A DNA stretch of 64,000 nt from Marsupella aquatica. Its lineage: Eukaryota > Plantae > Marchantiophyta. Location: the NCBI GenBank assembly GCA_973895155.1, contig OZ316896.1:12814549-12878548 (forward strand), in the 5' to 3' direction. Shown here in pieces: positions 51,655 to 64,000 of this stretch. Made by a program: the position numbers and the translations under genes. The notes under the pieces are model-generated. The model was given only the letters and a program-made list of their open reading frames with translations. It was not told the DNA's origin and ran no database searches. Positions within the stretch are counted from its first letter, which is position 1; each line of letters begins with the position of its first letter.

Positions 51655-52411
51655 CCTGTCTGTTCCTGGTTTGCTTTGTTAGATCTGGTTCCTTAACCTG
51701 TCTGTTCCCGGTTTGCTTTGTACTGGTGGTTAATCAATTGAACAATTTGGAGTAAAGTCTCTTTTCAATCCCTCTTTCATGTTCACCACTTTTGTGTTCC
51801 ATGGAGGGAGGTTTTTGGGATGGAATTTGATTTTCTCCCTTCCCACTCTTTTCCTTTTGATTATGGCTCTACTTAGTAATAACTACTGGGAAAAGGAGGA
51901 CTTGAGGCGTATTCATGAGTCAAATCATTTCATGCAAAAAAGTGACTAATAGAGAAAATAGTGACACTCTAATCCTAGATCTGAGTAAAAATAAAGATTA
52001 TGAAACTGTTTGCTTGCATTAAACCTATCCATAAACCTCTGTAACCTTGGACAGGTCATGCTTGATTTGAAAAGGAAGACATTCAATAGGACTCATTAGA
52101 TGAAGCTAGATAATACAAATGGAAATTGGTGGATCAGAATTTATAAATCAGGGAAAAACAAATAGTTTATTATGGACCAGAAAGTGGAAAAAAGCTCACC
52201 AATAATAGAAGTTAAGATTTTCTGAGCATTCTTGGAACAGGGTTCAGACTAGAACCCCAGCCCGGGCCAAAATATGACATAAATGCAGGACAGAAAACAA
52301 TCAGGGCAACAGATTTAGGATATAGGATGCCTTGTTACTCATTGTAAACCTGCATTTCGTAAAGCATTTAGCATTACACACTTTAGATTTAGATTAATCT
52401 ACTATGGTTTA

Positions 52412-52950
52412 GGGTGGCTTTACAAGACGTCGGGGGCAGTTCTTTCACTTTTCTGACATCCAAGATCCAATCCGGGCCATCCATTGGGGAGATAGTGCTG
52501 GAGTTCACTTTAGAAAACGTCGGGGGCAGTTTTGCTCATTGATTCTGCCGATCCTACATGGACTTCAGTGGGGCCCAACTTTTGCCGACGTGGAGCTCTT
52601 TTTTGTCCAGAATTTTAGACCACCTCCGTTGGAGGTCCCTTCATCCGGCCGCTTGTTCCATTCCTATTATGGGCAGTTTTCAATAAATGCGGACCCACAG
52701 GAACCAGCATTAGCCAAAGATTAGCCAGCATTAGCCAAAGATTCAGGTGGAGTGGGTCCCAAGTTTGTCTTCTAGTCAATGATTCTAGCTACACTGGCCA
52801 GAGTTCCCTTTACAAGACGTGGGGGCAATAAAAGTCTTCTAAATTCTCTATTAACCCCGGTATACTGTTTTTAGCATGTGAAATTGCTGCTGGCTCAGCT
52901 TTGGTAGAAAAGGAAGCGAACGGCCCCCCCGACGTCTTGTAAAGTGCCCC
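52412..52950. mobile_element. PIF/Harbinger (Tourist-like) MITE, 539 bp
   Basis: TIRs GGGTGGCTTTACAAGACGTCGGGGG and (reverse complement) GGGGCACTTTACAAGACGTCGGGGG; TTA on both sides (52409-52411, 52951-52953); internal TIR-like copies at ~52506 and ~52807. Confidence 0.8.
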
Positions 52951-53301
52951 TTAGATAACCCCCGCGAACGGGAACCTGTGGTTAGATAACCCCCGTGGAC
53001 TGGAAACCTCTCTCTAGAAGCCTCGGAAACATTCCAAGTGCTCCTCCACTCCCACGGCCCCCTTCACAGAGCACCATCCGCCTCTGCCTCTTCAGACTCG
53101 CATCGCACGGAGATTGTCGAGCTCTCTTTGTTGTTCTAAAGACGTCCAGGCAAGGAAGGCGCTCTCTGCCGAAGCCGGTCGTGATGTTTGTAGTGGATAG
53201 TCCTCTTGAGCTTTGAGAATTCTCGGTTGGAGCTGTTCCCGAATTGGGAAGGTTTGGAGGAGTCCAGACCGTCTACAGTGGCCGCTCCGGCAGGCACAGC
53301 C

Positions 53302-56300
53302 ATGGTATAATTCTGTTCAGCTCTCGTGTCTATCTGATTTTTTCGCTATCGTAGTCGAATTGGGGTGGAGCTCTGATTATCTGCTGAAATTCGCATCTGT
53401 TCTTTTGAAATCCACCTTTTCAATGCCTGTGGTGTATAGATTTCTACTGTCGAAAATTTTGTTCACGAACTTCGGTAGTTGTTGTTAGGTCCTTCGACTA
53501 ATTGTGTCTCCTCTCGATCTCCGCTTTAGGAATCGTGAATAGGAGCGATATTATGTAACGAAAGTCGGAGTTACTCCTCATCTCTGCTTTCTCTTTTTTC
53601 ATATGGCGAGGGGGCCCACTGAGATGAGAGTTCTCTTATCTAGATGTGCTTGGCAGAGAAGTCACTACATCTCACCGTGTAGTGGCTTTCATACTTTAAA
53701 ACCCTAAAATGGTTCCACATGAGATAGTGTGGACGCTATTTTCGACATTCCACACTACCGCTGTCGCGATTTCCTGATGATCTTGCCGTCGACGGAAGCT
53801 TATCGGTGGAGTTTTCGCTAGCTCGTTGTTGGACAGCTCGTTGATTTATTGTCCAACTTTTGTCAAGCATCTTGATTGTGCGAAACAAAAAGCCTGAAAG
53901 TCTGTTTATTGATGCAGACGACCCCGTTGGTCGCTGGATTGAGTATCGCGGTAGCAGCTATCGCTGGCAAATACGGGATAGAAGCGTATCAAGCGTTTAA
54001 GCTACGGCCAGTCGTTCCCCGAATGCGGAAATTTTATGAAGGAGGTTTTCAACCGGTCATGACTCGCAGAGAAGCTGCACTCATTCTTGGCGTGAGGTAA
54101 GCATAAGCGCTTTGATTTTAATTTGTGGCAATGGATGTTTGAAAATTTTGATTGGCCCCGAAACTGAGAGAGATATAGTGAACCAAATTGAGTTGATCTG
54201 ATCCTTGGCGTCACAATTGGGCATATGGAAAAGAGTAGAATCGGCTTGTGATCTTGCAAAGGGAGTAAATAGCTAAACGCTTTACTACAAGTTTGGTATC
54301 CAGGTGGTCTGGGATCTCAGTACTACAAATTATCCGTAAAACTTCCCCGAAACTGCTTAACTGTGTACGGTGGAAACTGAAATGACTGCAGTAGCTATCG
54401 ATGGGTAGCATCGTGTTATAACAATGAGGGGGATCATGTTAAGGTGCAGTACGTCTCGTCATTTATTTTGTAGAGAAGGCAGTTCTGAGATAGTGTGGTT
54501 GTCCGGGTAAAGCCGAGATTTTTGGAGAAACTCACCGCGGTTGGTGACCGCTTGCTTTATCCTGAAACCCGGATTGTAAGAAATAGGGTTGCAGGTTATA
54601 GGTACTCTCGATGATTTCAGTTCTAGTGTAAAACTGTGCGTGCAGCGCCAGACGAGGAAGGATGGGAGAATTGCTGTAGGTGCATCCATACTTTCTGCTG
54701 CGAACAGTAGGGCATACCTATATGTCAGCACCATACGGAGCCACAGAGCGACCAAGATGAACGGAACTGAATCAAGTTTAAATTCTTCTGAGAGAAGTCG
54801 CATGTTAGAGAGGATAGCTATAGTCGTATGGTGAACTCAAAGGAAGAATACACCTAAAACTAGGTCAAAAGTATGAGGGAAGATATGAGAAATGTTAATC
54901 TCAGAATTATCCAAAAGGATCTGATCAGAATACCTAAGATATATAGAAACAGGCGTAGTTGTTCTAGACCATGTGAATGCCAGGATCTTGCCTATTCCTA
55001 GTGAGTTAATGAATTATTTGTAGCAGAATTCATTAAATCTCTAGTAGTCTTAGAATGGAAGACACATCAAGGTTTCAATGGATACAAATTCGACGTAGAA
55101 ATCTGTTTCTCGTTGACGAACTTGCCCGAAGAGTGTCGGCTGATCAATACGGCAGCCATTTCCACCCAGGTTACGAGACCACTCGGAAAGCTTCTTGGGC
55201 TTTGCCACTCATCATATCACATGATCAGCTTGACATGAATGTGGGAGGGCTTACCAGTCAGATCCGGGTTGAATATACTCTTAAAGCTACTGCTACTTTG
55301 TTTAAATCGCAAGCTTTCCGATAGTTGTCGATGGTGCTTCCCCCTGGAAATTTTAGGACTAGGGTTTGAGGACATTATTCTTCCGCTGTTGCCCTAGTGT
55401 AACCGGTTACGGAATTATCAAATGTCTTAAGGGTACGGAAAAAGTGAACAACTGTACGTTCCCAGAAATTAGTTAAATTTACGGCATATCGTTGACTGAT
55501 AATCATAACCAGGTATGATGAGAGGTTGGCCCAAGACCGCACTACGTTTGAGGGGGTAAGCTTGGATAGCGTGTCGAAGGAATGCAAATGGACAGTCTGT
55601 CAAGAGTTGTTTTCGGTGGCATTGAAATTAAAGGTGAGTTCGGTGACGCGAGCAGAAGACAAGTACTTAGTTGCTTGGTGAATATTCCCAGCACATCAGG
55701 GTAAAGGTATGAATATTGTCCAGCCAAGACTTACGCAGCGAACAGAGCCATACTCAATCTCCACGAGCGGATGAGCAGCATATTACGAGTCTAAGTAGAT
55801 TTACAGCTGTAGCGTTTTGCAGATCAATTCTGCAGGCATGAGATCAAGTCTGATCAGTGATTTATCAAAATTGCTTTGATCTACTGTCTGATAGCCCCCA
55901 TCTCTTACAACCGAATGGCTACGGGCGCAGTAGATAGATACCGTGCTGTGTTCCACAGATGCCACATTCCCCTCTTAGATCAACCCGCTTGCGTCTGGAG
56001 AGATTTCACAGGGATATTATGATTTGAGCGATAACTACGGCCCTAGGCCGCTGTATTCTGGATACTGCGGAAAAGGTCGAGGAAGGTAGATCCCTGCCTA
56101 GTGTGGCCCAGAGCTTGGTTGGCCAAAGGCATGCAGCAGGATTCGCAGTGAATTTGTGAGATATCTAATAGTTATTTTGGCTCTGAGGACTGCGGCAACA
56201 CACGTTCCCAATGTTTGATTTCTCTGTTCGGTTCGATAGTTGTAACCAGGGTCTGCGTTTTGTGATGGATGGAATTCTCTCAGGCTTTGTATAGTGCACA

Positions 56301-56507
56301 TGAAAAAATCGATTTGGCCGTAATTTAGTGTTTGTTTGTTTCATGCGCAGGGAGTCTGTTGCTCAAGAGAAAATTAAGGAAGCACACCGGCGAGTTATGA
56401 GTGCCAACCACCCAGATGCTGGCGGCAGTGATTACTTAGCATCGAAGATCAATGAGGCAAAGGATCACTTATTAGGACAAACAAGGGGTAGTGGTTCAGC
56501 GTTCTAA
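53302..56507 (+). CDS. PAM18: Mitochondrial import motor J-protein TIM14/PAM18, 112 aa; exons 53302-53304, 53918-54096, 56351-56507
   Basis: Spliced product [21 protein letters not shown]...[73 protein letters not shown] with the HPD motif. GT-AG introns, 339 nt in frame. The ATG-only first coding exon (gccATG|gtataa) is inferred. Confidence 0.96.
53611..53708. promoter_or_regulatory. Candidate TCP/site-II element and telo-box in PAM18 intron 1
   Basis: ggggcccac (GTGGGCCC on the minus strand) at 53611-53619 and aaaccctaa at 53699-53707. This motif pair is known from plant mitochondrial and ribosome-biogenesis genes. Confidence 0.3.
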
Positions 56508-57859
56508 ATGTCAGACCTTCCCTACTGTCATTGGTTTTTGACCAAGGAGCTAGGATATAACTTTTACAATGAGTTGTAGCACAATGCTTGGTATCGGCAG
56601 TTTCAACTTTTTGGTAGAAAAATGTAGACGTTTCCAATATTGGATACAGTAGTCATCTCTTACCAAAACCCTACTATCTTTCACATAGTTTGGGATTGAG
56701 AATTACACAAGGTTTTTAGAATTGGTTTGATGATATGCAACTTTGCAATACATCGTACAAATAATGACATTCTTGTCAGTGTAAGATTTCTGGGTCAAGC
56801 ATGTAGTCGAAATCCCCGCTTGGCATGTTTAATGTATTGAAAGACACTCTGGTTTCTGTAGTCATCTGCAAGCAGTTCAAAAGCTACAACTTTTGAGTGT
56901 GCTTTCAGACCTTGAGTTCCAAGTATGCAATGATAAGGGAAATGATTGGACTCAATACGTGGACTTTGCAGTCGAGGCCTTTGATCTAAGCTCTGTTATG
57001 CTTTTCACCTTTCACATCCAAGTGATGTTTGTGTCCTTGTCATCAGATTTGTTGGGCCCTTGGAAAATGAAGGACCTGCAAAAGGTGGATCTTAATTCAA
57101 TTCAATACGCTACTCATGTTCGCCCTGTCATTGCAGACCCGTAAGGTCCACAGCTTGCCCTGAAGCTTTCTCGAGATCTGGACGAACGCCCAGTTGTGTG
57201 TACGAGGCCAATCACACAGTCGCTTGGCCGTTGTTTTACTCCACTTCTAATTTGGTCCCTGATACGATTGAGTGAAATAGGAAGGGATGAAACATACATT
57301 GGGTTTGCTACAATTCTAATTTGGTCCTTGACACCAATGGAGTGAAACGGGAAGCGATTAAACATACACTGAGTGCAGGCTCTGTTCTTTCGAGATGTGG
57401 ACACACCTCCCTGATTACAGGTGCAGTGGGGGTTCCAGTCGATAACCTCGATCCCGTGTCGCCAACGTGAACAACCCATCATTTCATCTTTTGGCCTTCC
57501 GCTCTCCGCATGTAGGCAAACAGTAAGTAGGCTCGCCTGACTCTTCAATTCTCCAGTCTCTGCCAATCGACTTCGCGCTCTGTGTTGTAGCAGGCCATGT
57601 CTGTGCCTACTGCGTAGTAGACCACCATACTTTCCCAAATTGGCGGCCTAACAAAAGAGCAGCATAGCCAGGTCGTCTGCCTAACTACTTACCGGGGCAG
57701 TAGACCAAGCTTCACAAGATTCGAGAGCCACAAAAGTGCAACATCGGATGTCCTTGTGGGACTTTCGTGAATAAAAGTGAAAGTAGTTTCTTCATTTTGA
57801 GCATACTCTTAAAATTTAAATAAATAATTATAATCATTTCTTTGAAAGTAAAACATGCC

Positions 57860-57931
57860 ACGACCGTAGTCCAACGGTTAGGATAATTGCCTTCCAAGCA
57901 ATAGACCCGGGTACGACTCCCGGCGGTCGTA
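57860..57931 (+). tRNA. tRNA-Gly (anticodon TCC), variant
   Basis: Core TAGTCCAACGGTTAGGATAATTGCCTTCCAAGCAATAGACCCGGG matches plant cytosolic tRNA-Gly(UCC). Acceptor stem ACGACCG/CGGTCGT fully paired; T-loop TACGACT; followed by CCA. Confidence 0.85.
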
Positions 57932-59929
57932 CCACTGCTTCTTTACACAACGACTCTATATTTTGTCATACTGGTAGCGTGGATATCTGTGATATATATG
58001 ACTGGACCAATTTCTCTCTCGCATTGTTTTGACTAAAACGTGATAGAGTCCCCACTCACAAAATTGGGTTGCACATTCATTTGATATCCAATTTATTAGT
58101 GTATATTAAATTTCCAAGCATTTAAAAGATTGTAATCCATTTTACTTGCTATTTTATTATCTTACTAATAAAGCGCAATGCAAAGCTAAGGCCTATGATA
58201 TAGAGTGAAGCCTCTAGACCCTAACTCTGAATAAGGACAATTTAACAGAAAAATAATGTGGACAAAATTACAGGGATGGGGCAAAAATGAATGAGAAATA
58301 GTACATAATACATTATTTTTGCACAATTATTTATTCCAACGTTCAGTGTTGAGAGTTTTCCCAGAATTTCATCGCATGGGACTCGGAGGTTATGAGCTCA
58401 ACCGGTAGATTGGTGCCAGATCTTTCTAACGGTGCTCAAAAATCACCAATCGGAGTTTGTGGTGTGATGGAATTGAAATTTCCATTGTTTTTTGGTTTTT
58501 TGTGTGGAAGTATACAAATTTCATTTTTTGACGGTTTTTTTAAGGAGAGACCATAGTTTGTTTTCTTGATGGTGCAAGCATTCTGATGCACAACTAAGGC
58601 ATTGCATGCTATAGCTCCACTTGTAGATCGGGTAGATCGGGACGAGCGGAACGTTTTGGTCCCAACTTTGCTTATACTTGTGAATCGAGTGAGATGAGAA
58701 GAAGAGACGTTCTGAGTTTTTGGCAAGCTATGGCATTAGGTCTTGCCTACACCTTGCTAAAGAAATCGCATTTGACTCAAGTGGAAAATTGCAACTTGCA
58801 GTGGCTCAATGAAAAGATGGTGATGTGCCGATTGTTTTTAGTCCGGGATTGGCTGTTGATGCAGAGGAAGGAAGGCTTAGCGGACTCTACTACCTTGCTG
58901 GACTCAGTGATGACAACGAGTACAATTCATCAACATTCCTTCTTGAGAAGGTACCAATTTTCCTTTTGAAAATTTGATTTCAAAAATGGCTCTGGCAATC
59001 TGAGAGAAATTTGTCATCTTGTCCAATTTGTATTGTCTTGTTCCTTCCCATTTTGGACGCTTCTTAGATTCATCTTAACCACCTCAAAATCTAGTTTTTG
59101 AATCTTAAATCAGATCTTGATTTTGTGTAAACCTGAGTGAGATAATTTGAATATGGTGTTGAGGAGTACTATTTACCATGTATATTTTCTGTGTGCGCGA
59201 CCAGGTTTTGGCCAAGGGGGATGGTAGGGCGCTTGGGGGCTTTTGTGTACACATGGCAACCCCTTGGTTGCTCTTCCAAAATCCCAATAGGGTCTATACA
59301 AGGGTCAAAGAATATTCCAATAAAATGAGAGAGTTTTTTATCAGTCCTTTTGTTGAAAATTCCATCCAACAAATAATAACTATTTTTGTTTGTCTTTGGC
59401 AAGGTGCTCGGGGGGGTTACTTCCACGGAAGTGGCACATCATGTGCGACAAAGTATAGGCCCATTTAAATGGGTGTGGCGGAAGACTTCCAAAGTTTGGT
59501 GGAAGAACACATAGGGCATGTTTTATTGACTGGTTGACTTTGAAGAACACATAGGCCTATTTAATTGCAAAAAATACTTTCCTTAAAGTTTTTAGGGGTT
59601 TTTTAATAAAAAATGACACAATTTAAAGAAAGAAAAGGCTTTGCAAAAAAATATTTTTCACTTATAAATTAGGGGGGTCAAACCCTAAAACGTCGCACGC
59701 GATGTATGGCCCTCCAAATAGTGACCCCCCGAGGCAAGGTGGAGTAGCCACCAAAGTTTGCAATGCAATGCACCAACGGAATATTAGTTTTTACATTGGG
59801 TTCTAGTTTGTATTTTGGGTATTCCCTGAGGTGGTCAAAATTGGAGAGAATTTCATGTTTTACCCACCCCGACCTAAAAATGAATAAAAAAAATTGTTAA
59901 ATTTTGGTTTTTGATTTTGGTTTTGAGCG

Positions 59930-61925
59930 TTGGATATCAAAGCTTTCGGTGACAGGACGATGATTAGTTTTGACTTTTTTGATGTTAAAAAAATGTCATT
60001 TTTTCTTGATTTCTCACCTGGGTGCTTTGGAGGAGGGTTTCATTATCGGCATGAACTTTGACCCTGAAAGAATTGAGTCAACATATAGCGGTCTAAGGAG
60101 GAAGAGGAAGAGCTAGAAAATTTGTGGTCATTGGTACTGCGGACAGTGGCAAGAAAAAGGATGGGGTGATCAAGCTTGGCGGTCACAAGTTTGAGGTTAC
60201 AAAATATGATGGTTGTGTAGATTACTTGTTGTGGAAGCGATAGGTGAATGGGGTAGCCACGTCTTTGAAGCTGATGAGCTTCAAGATAAAGGAAGGAAGT
60301 TCAAAGATTTAGGACCACATTAATGATTTCAATAACTTGGTTGTTGGCTTGCAAAATCCGGGGGAGGATTTGAGTGATACGAGGCATGCTCTTCACTTGC
60401 TTAGCTCTTTGCCCTCATCGTATCAGTCATTATGACGAGTGTTGTTTTATTGTGACAAAAAGATCATTTATAATGAACTGATAAATGCTCTGTTGACAAT
60501 TGATAACTTGCCTCAAAACTTGAGGCAGAAATTGACCACACCTTCTAAGCCACTACCATCGTCTGGTGCTTCTTTCAATGTAAACCGTGGGAGGTCACAG
60601 GCAAGCTCTTCACTTGGTTAGCTCTTTGCCCTCATCATATCAGTCATTATGATGAGTGTTGTTTTATTGTGACAAAAAGATCATTTATAATGAAGTGATA
60701 AATGCTTTGTTGACAGTTGATAACTTGCAACAAAACTTGAGGTAGAAATTGACCACACCTTCTAAGCCACTACCATCGTCTGGTGCTTCTTTCAATGTGA
60801 ACCGTGGGAGGTCACATCAACACACATATAGCAGGGGCCAAAGTAAATCTAGGATGATATTTGATTCCATGGGGAAGTCCTAGGAGAGGAATCCAATAGT
60901 TTGCTGGAAGTGTGGCAAGGTTGGCCACGTGAAAAGGGATTGAAAGGGTAAGGCACCCGATAATTGTCATCCAATGTGACTAGGATTGATGGAGAAGTTG
61001 ATTTAGTCAATGATGAATATGTATGCTAAAGCCAAAAGTATGCCCTATGCATTTCATGAATAGAAGCACATGATGTGTGGATTGTTAATTGTGCTTGCTC
61101 GTTTCATATTTGCTATATTTTTGAGTTTTTATGTTCTTATGGTGTGTCAAACGGTTCAATTTTGATGTGAAATAATCACTCTAACTTGTCAAATTGGGGG
61201 TATTTGATTTGTAATGGCACAGTGTTTAGAGTTGGGTACATACCTGGCATGCGTAAAAATTTAATTTTTCTCGGGGTGTTGAATGCAAATGATCATTAAT
61301 GACAAGTAATTGATGGTGAACTTCAAATCATGTCAATGATTTTGAAGGGGAGCAAACAAAAAAAAGTATTTCTGGCCGGAGGACCTAAGACAAAGAAGTG
61401 TGCCCTTTGGCCCTAAGAGGTGTTGGAGGGCAATATTATATGTGAAGAGATCAATGTAACGAAGATTTCATGAGAAGATAACTCAATTGTAGCATTCACG
61501 GCTAGGCCGCATTCAGAGTGAGAAGGGTTTCATTGACTATCTTGGCCTTTGGATTTTTGGTTAATGCCTTATCCCGCGTAATAGGAACTAAAAATCCTAA
61601 TGAGTGAAACCAATCAAGAGATCGATAACCAAAAAAAGTTATTTTAATTGCAATCAAAGAAAATATTGTAACCATAGTTTGGAATTGTCAATCTGAAAAT
61701 GTTTTTTGAAATGTGTTCTAAGCTGCAAGCAAACTATCCTGATTTGGTAATTTTTGGAAGTGATGCATATGCATAGGACCAAGATGGATACTACGTCCAA
61801 ACAATATTTTTTATTGGGTACCAAAGTGGTATGAAGGACTATAGACTATAGGATACTATTGCTTGTAAGCTACTTGTCAAAGGATGTGTCCTTCAATGAA
61901 TCCAAATTTTATACGGAGGGGGAGA
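59930..61925 (+). mobile_element. Degraded Ty1/Copia gag-pol remnant
   Basis: Degenerate Met PBS tggatatcaaagc; gag KFEVTKYDGCVDYLLWKR and DHINDFNNL; zinc knuckle CWKCGKVGHVKRD*; protease-like WIVNCACSFHI and YIPGMRKNLI; integrase C-terminal FGSDAY/IGYQSGMKDYRL. Many stops and deletions. Confidence 0.85.
60388..60816. repeat. 217-bp tandem duplication inside the Copia gag remnant
   Basis: gctcttcacttg-ttagctctttgccctcatc...aaccgtgggaggtcaca at 60388 and 60605. Confidence 0.9.
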
Positions 61926-61963
61926 AAACTCAAGTCTCCCATACTAACAAAGTTAAATCCCTC

Positions 61964-64000
61964 TGTGACGCCGCCGGTACGGTGGCTAATAAGTGATTCG
62001 GCCTAACCACGCTTAGCACGCGCTGTAAGGGTATCTTAGGCCGTAATTATTAACGTAACGACAGTATTTAGGTAGCCATTATGAGTAGGAATCATTAGTC
62101 AATAAGGGACATTCGTGTTCGGGCTGGCGATAGGTCGTTGTTTGCATGCCCGGGCTGCGAGCGTGTAATGGGCGCCTTTTCCCCCCTCCCTCTCGGGTCC
62201 GTATAACAAACTCGGCGGCGGCCACTGACCAGCGGAGTGGCCAGTACACTCCAAGCGTGAAAGGCTCGGCCTATAAGCAACGAGGAGGCATCGGGCGACC
62301 GACGAGCTCTCAGGGTATAAAAGGGGGCCGAACCTTTGCAGTGCGTTAGTTCTTCAGTCCACGCCCCAGCTTCGACCCCAGTTTTCTTGCTTATCCTTAG
62401 TCGCCTTCTATCTCCTCTAAATGTCGCACACGATCCTTTCCAATTTGGCCATATGATTCTGGACGCAGTTCCTGTCTATCGGAGGGCACTTGGCCGACTT
62501 GTTGAATCATGCCAACCCATGACGATACGAGATCGAACGCGAGTACGAGAGAGCCATCCGCCTAGCAGGCCGCCATCACTCTCCTTAACTTTGATTACCC
62601 GTCCCAGAGCGAGCTTTACCGACCCGAAGAAATATCAGGGTACTTCTTCAACGGGGGCAAATACATCGGCCTCTGGGAGGCACTACTTTGGCTTCCAGAC
62701 AAGGTCTTTGATATCCCGGGCATGATAGACTTACAACGGCACCACTTTGACCACATCCCCGCTCGGGTTTGGGCCATCATCAACAGCGAGTCCAACACTA
62801 CCCAGTCTACAAGGGCGTCTACACTTGCTTCGAAAAACCTCCACTGGCACTTGCAGAACTTCATGGCAACTACACCATCAACGACCGGTGCCGGCCCGCC
62901 CGTGGCCGTACCCGCACACACACCCCCTCGGCCTCAGCCAAGCCGATACCCGCCACCGGTTGCACCACCTCTCCGAGTACAATCCGTGGTGAATGCAATG
63001 AATATTAGCTCCAAAGACAAGGAGGCTCATCCCCCTCTGAATTGGCGGCCGCGGGGTACGACGCTATAGTCGCCGAACAACCCGGCGCCACTCTAGCAAG
63101 CCCGAGGGGATAACACGGTGATTGTAGCAGCCCCGGCACCAATACTCACGGCAATAGCACTACCGCCACCAGATAGGGAGGATGGGGAATTCTCCCCCTC
63201 TTCCAGTCACCCCAGGAATCATTCCCGAGGAAGGAAGAGGAAGGAACCCGCAGCCGTATCCGAATTGCCTTTGGCCATGGTTGCGGTAGCCAAGCTGACC
63301 ATGCATCGCATGGGGGATAATGTTCACAAGAACATCCTCCACCCCAAGCATGCATGCTATCTGAAGACCCAAGGGTTTGAGCACCTCGCCTCTCTTCCTT
63401 GGAACGGAAGCAGGTACTATGGGTAGGATATGACGGAGTTCATTCAGAACTTCGACGAGGCACGTCAACAAATCCGAGCGCACGAGAGAATGATGTGTCT
63501 CAATGAGGCACGTTTGAAGATGATTTTTGGCCTACCCAAGGGGATAAACCAGGTAGAGTAGTGGGCTCCTGGGGGCAAGGGAGCTAAATACCAGTCTTCT
63601 AGCTGCCCGACCGAGGGAGCAGTGGACAACGGATTCTTGATGAGGACGTGCCTCATCCCAGAAGTGGCAGAACGCCTGGAGTTCCAACAGTATGCCCTCC
63701 ACATGATGGAACCCAAAGGCAAAATATCGGCCGCCCAGGTCATTCAGGTGGAGAACTATCGGCCCAGGAAGTGGGCGTCCTTCTTCGTCAAGAAGTTCCA
63801 TGAGGAGATGGAGCGGAGAAGAAAGACTTTATACCTTGGCGGAAAGGCGTACTTCGCTAGCCACATCGAAATCATCATTGAGTGGTACGCTCGTTTCGAC
63901 CGCCGCGGCCTCCCACGTATCAACGAGCCTGAGCTAACCCCATCAAAGTGGGTGTTTCCAGCCTAGGTGAGGCGATCGCAGCCCGAGGCCCAAAGTCTGG
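61964..64000 (+). mobile_element. Start of a GC-rich, probably LTR (Gypsy-like) element with a disrupted accessory ORF; runs off the window
   Basis: Abrupt switch to CpG-rich sequence at TGTGACGCC; TATAAAAG at ~62316; Pro-rich ORF, then frame 63118-63966 with two internal TAG stops (TEFIQNFD...LKMIFGLP...WASFFVKKFHEEM) resembling retroelement accessory (PMD/Transposase_32-like) proteins. Confidence 0.5.

Noticed and set aside
54459-55727. ORFs within PAM18 intron 2
   Set aside because: Short, no recognisable domains and not needed for the complete 112-aa PAM18 frame
57114-57638. 174-aa minus-strand ORF next to the tRNA
   Set aside because: Non-ATG start and no recognisable domain. It may be a decayed gene fragment but cannot be supported.
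57935-58100. Dicistronic tRNA-Gly-snoRNA as in angiosperms
   Set aside because: No C box (RTGATGA) or terminal D box recognisable downstream of the tRNA

Overview
Eukaryotic nuclear DNA from a land plant, probably a bryophyte. This rests on a plant-type TIM14/PAM18 gene, a plant cytosolic tRNA-Gly core, GT-AG introns and plant-type Copia, LINE, SINE, MITE and Helitron debris. The window is gene-poor and repeat-rich. Supported genes: (1) two tandem, divergent paralogues (10823-12010, intronless; 15448-17625, three exons) that resemble the N-terminal alpha-helical region of USP9X/USP24/USP34 deubiquitinases but have no catalytic USP domain, and share an inserted CxCxxC motif; (2) an intact three-exon TIM14/PAM18 gene with a Harbinger-type MITE just upstream; (3) a variant tRNA-Gly(UCC) with a re-paired acceptor stem, A55 and a genomic CCA; (4) a ~10 kb multi-exon gene (about 20.9-30.7 kb) whose 3' exons are intact and in phase while its 5' exons are broken by stops and frameshifts. 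Mobile elements with recognisable ends or TSDs include an internally deleted Copia element, a Copia solo LTR, two 5'-truncated LINEs, a double-headed tRNA-derived SINE, a degraded Copia gag-pol and the start of a GC-rich LTR-like element. There is also an 84-bp satellite with 168-bp dimeric structure. All family assignments are by-eye motif recognition from memory, not database searches.
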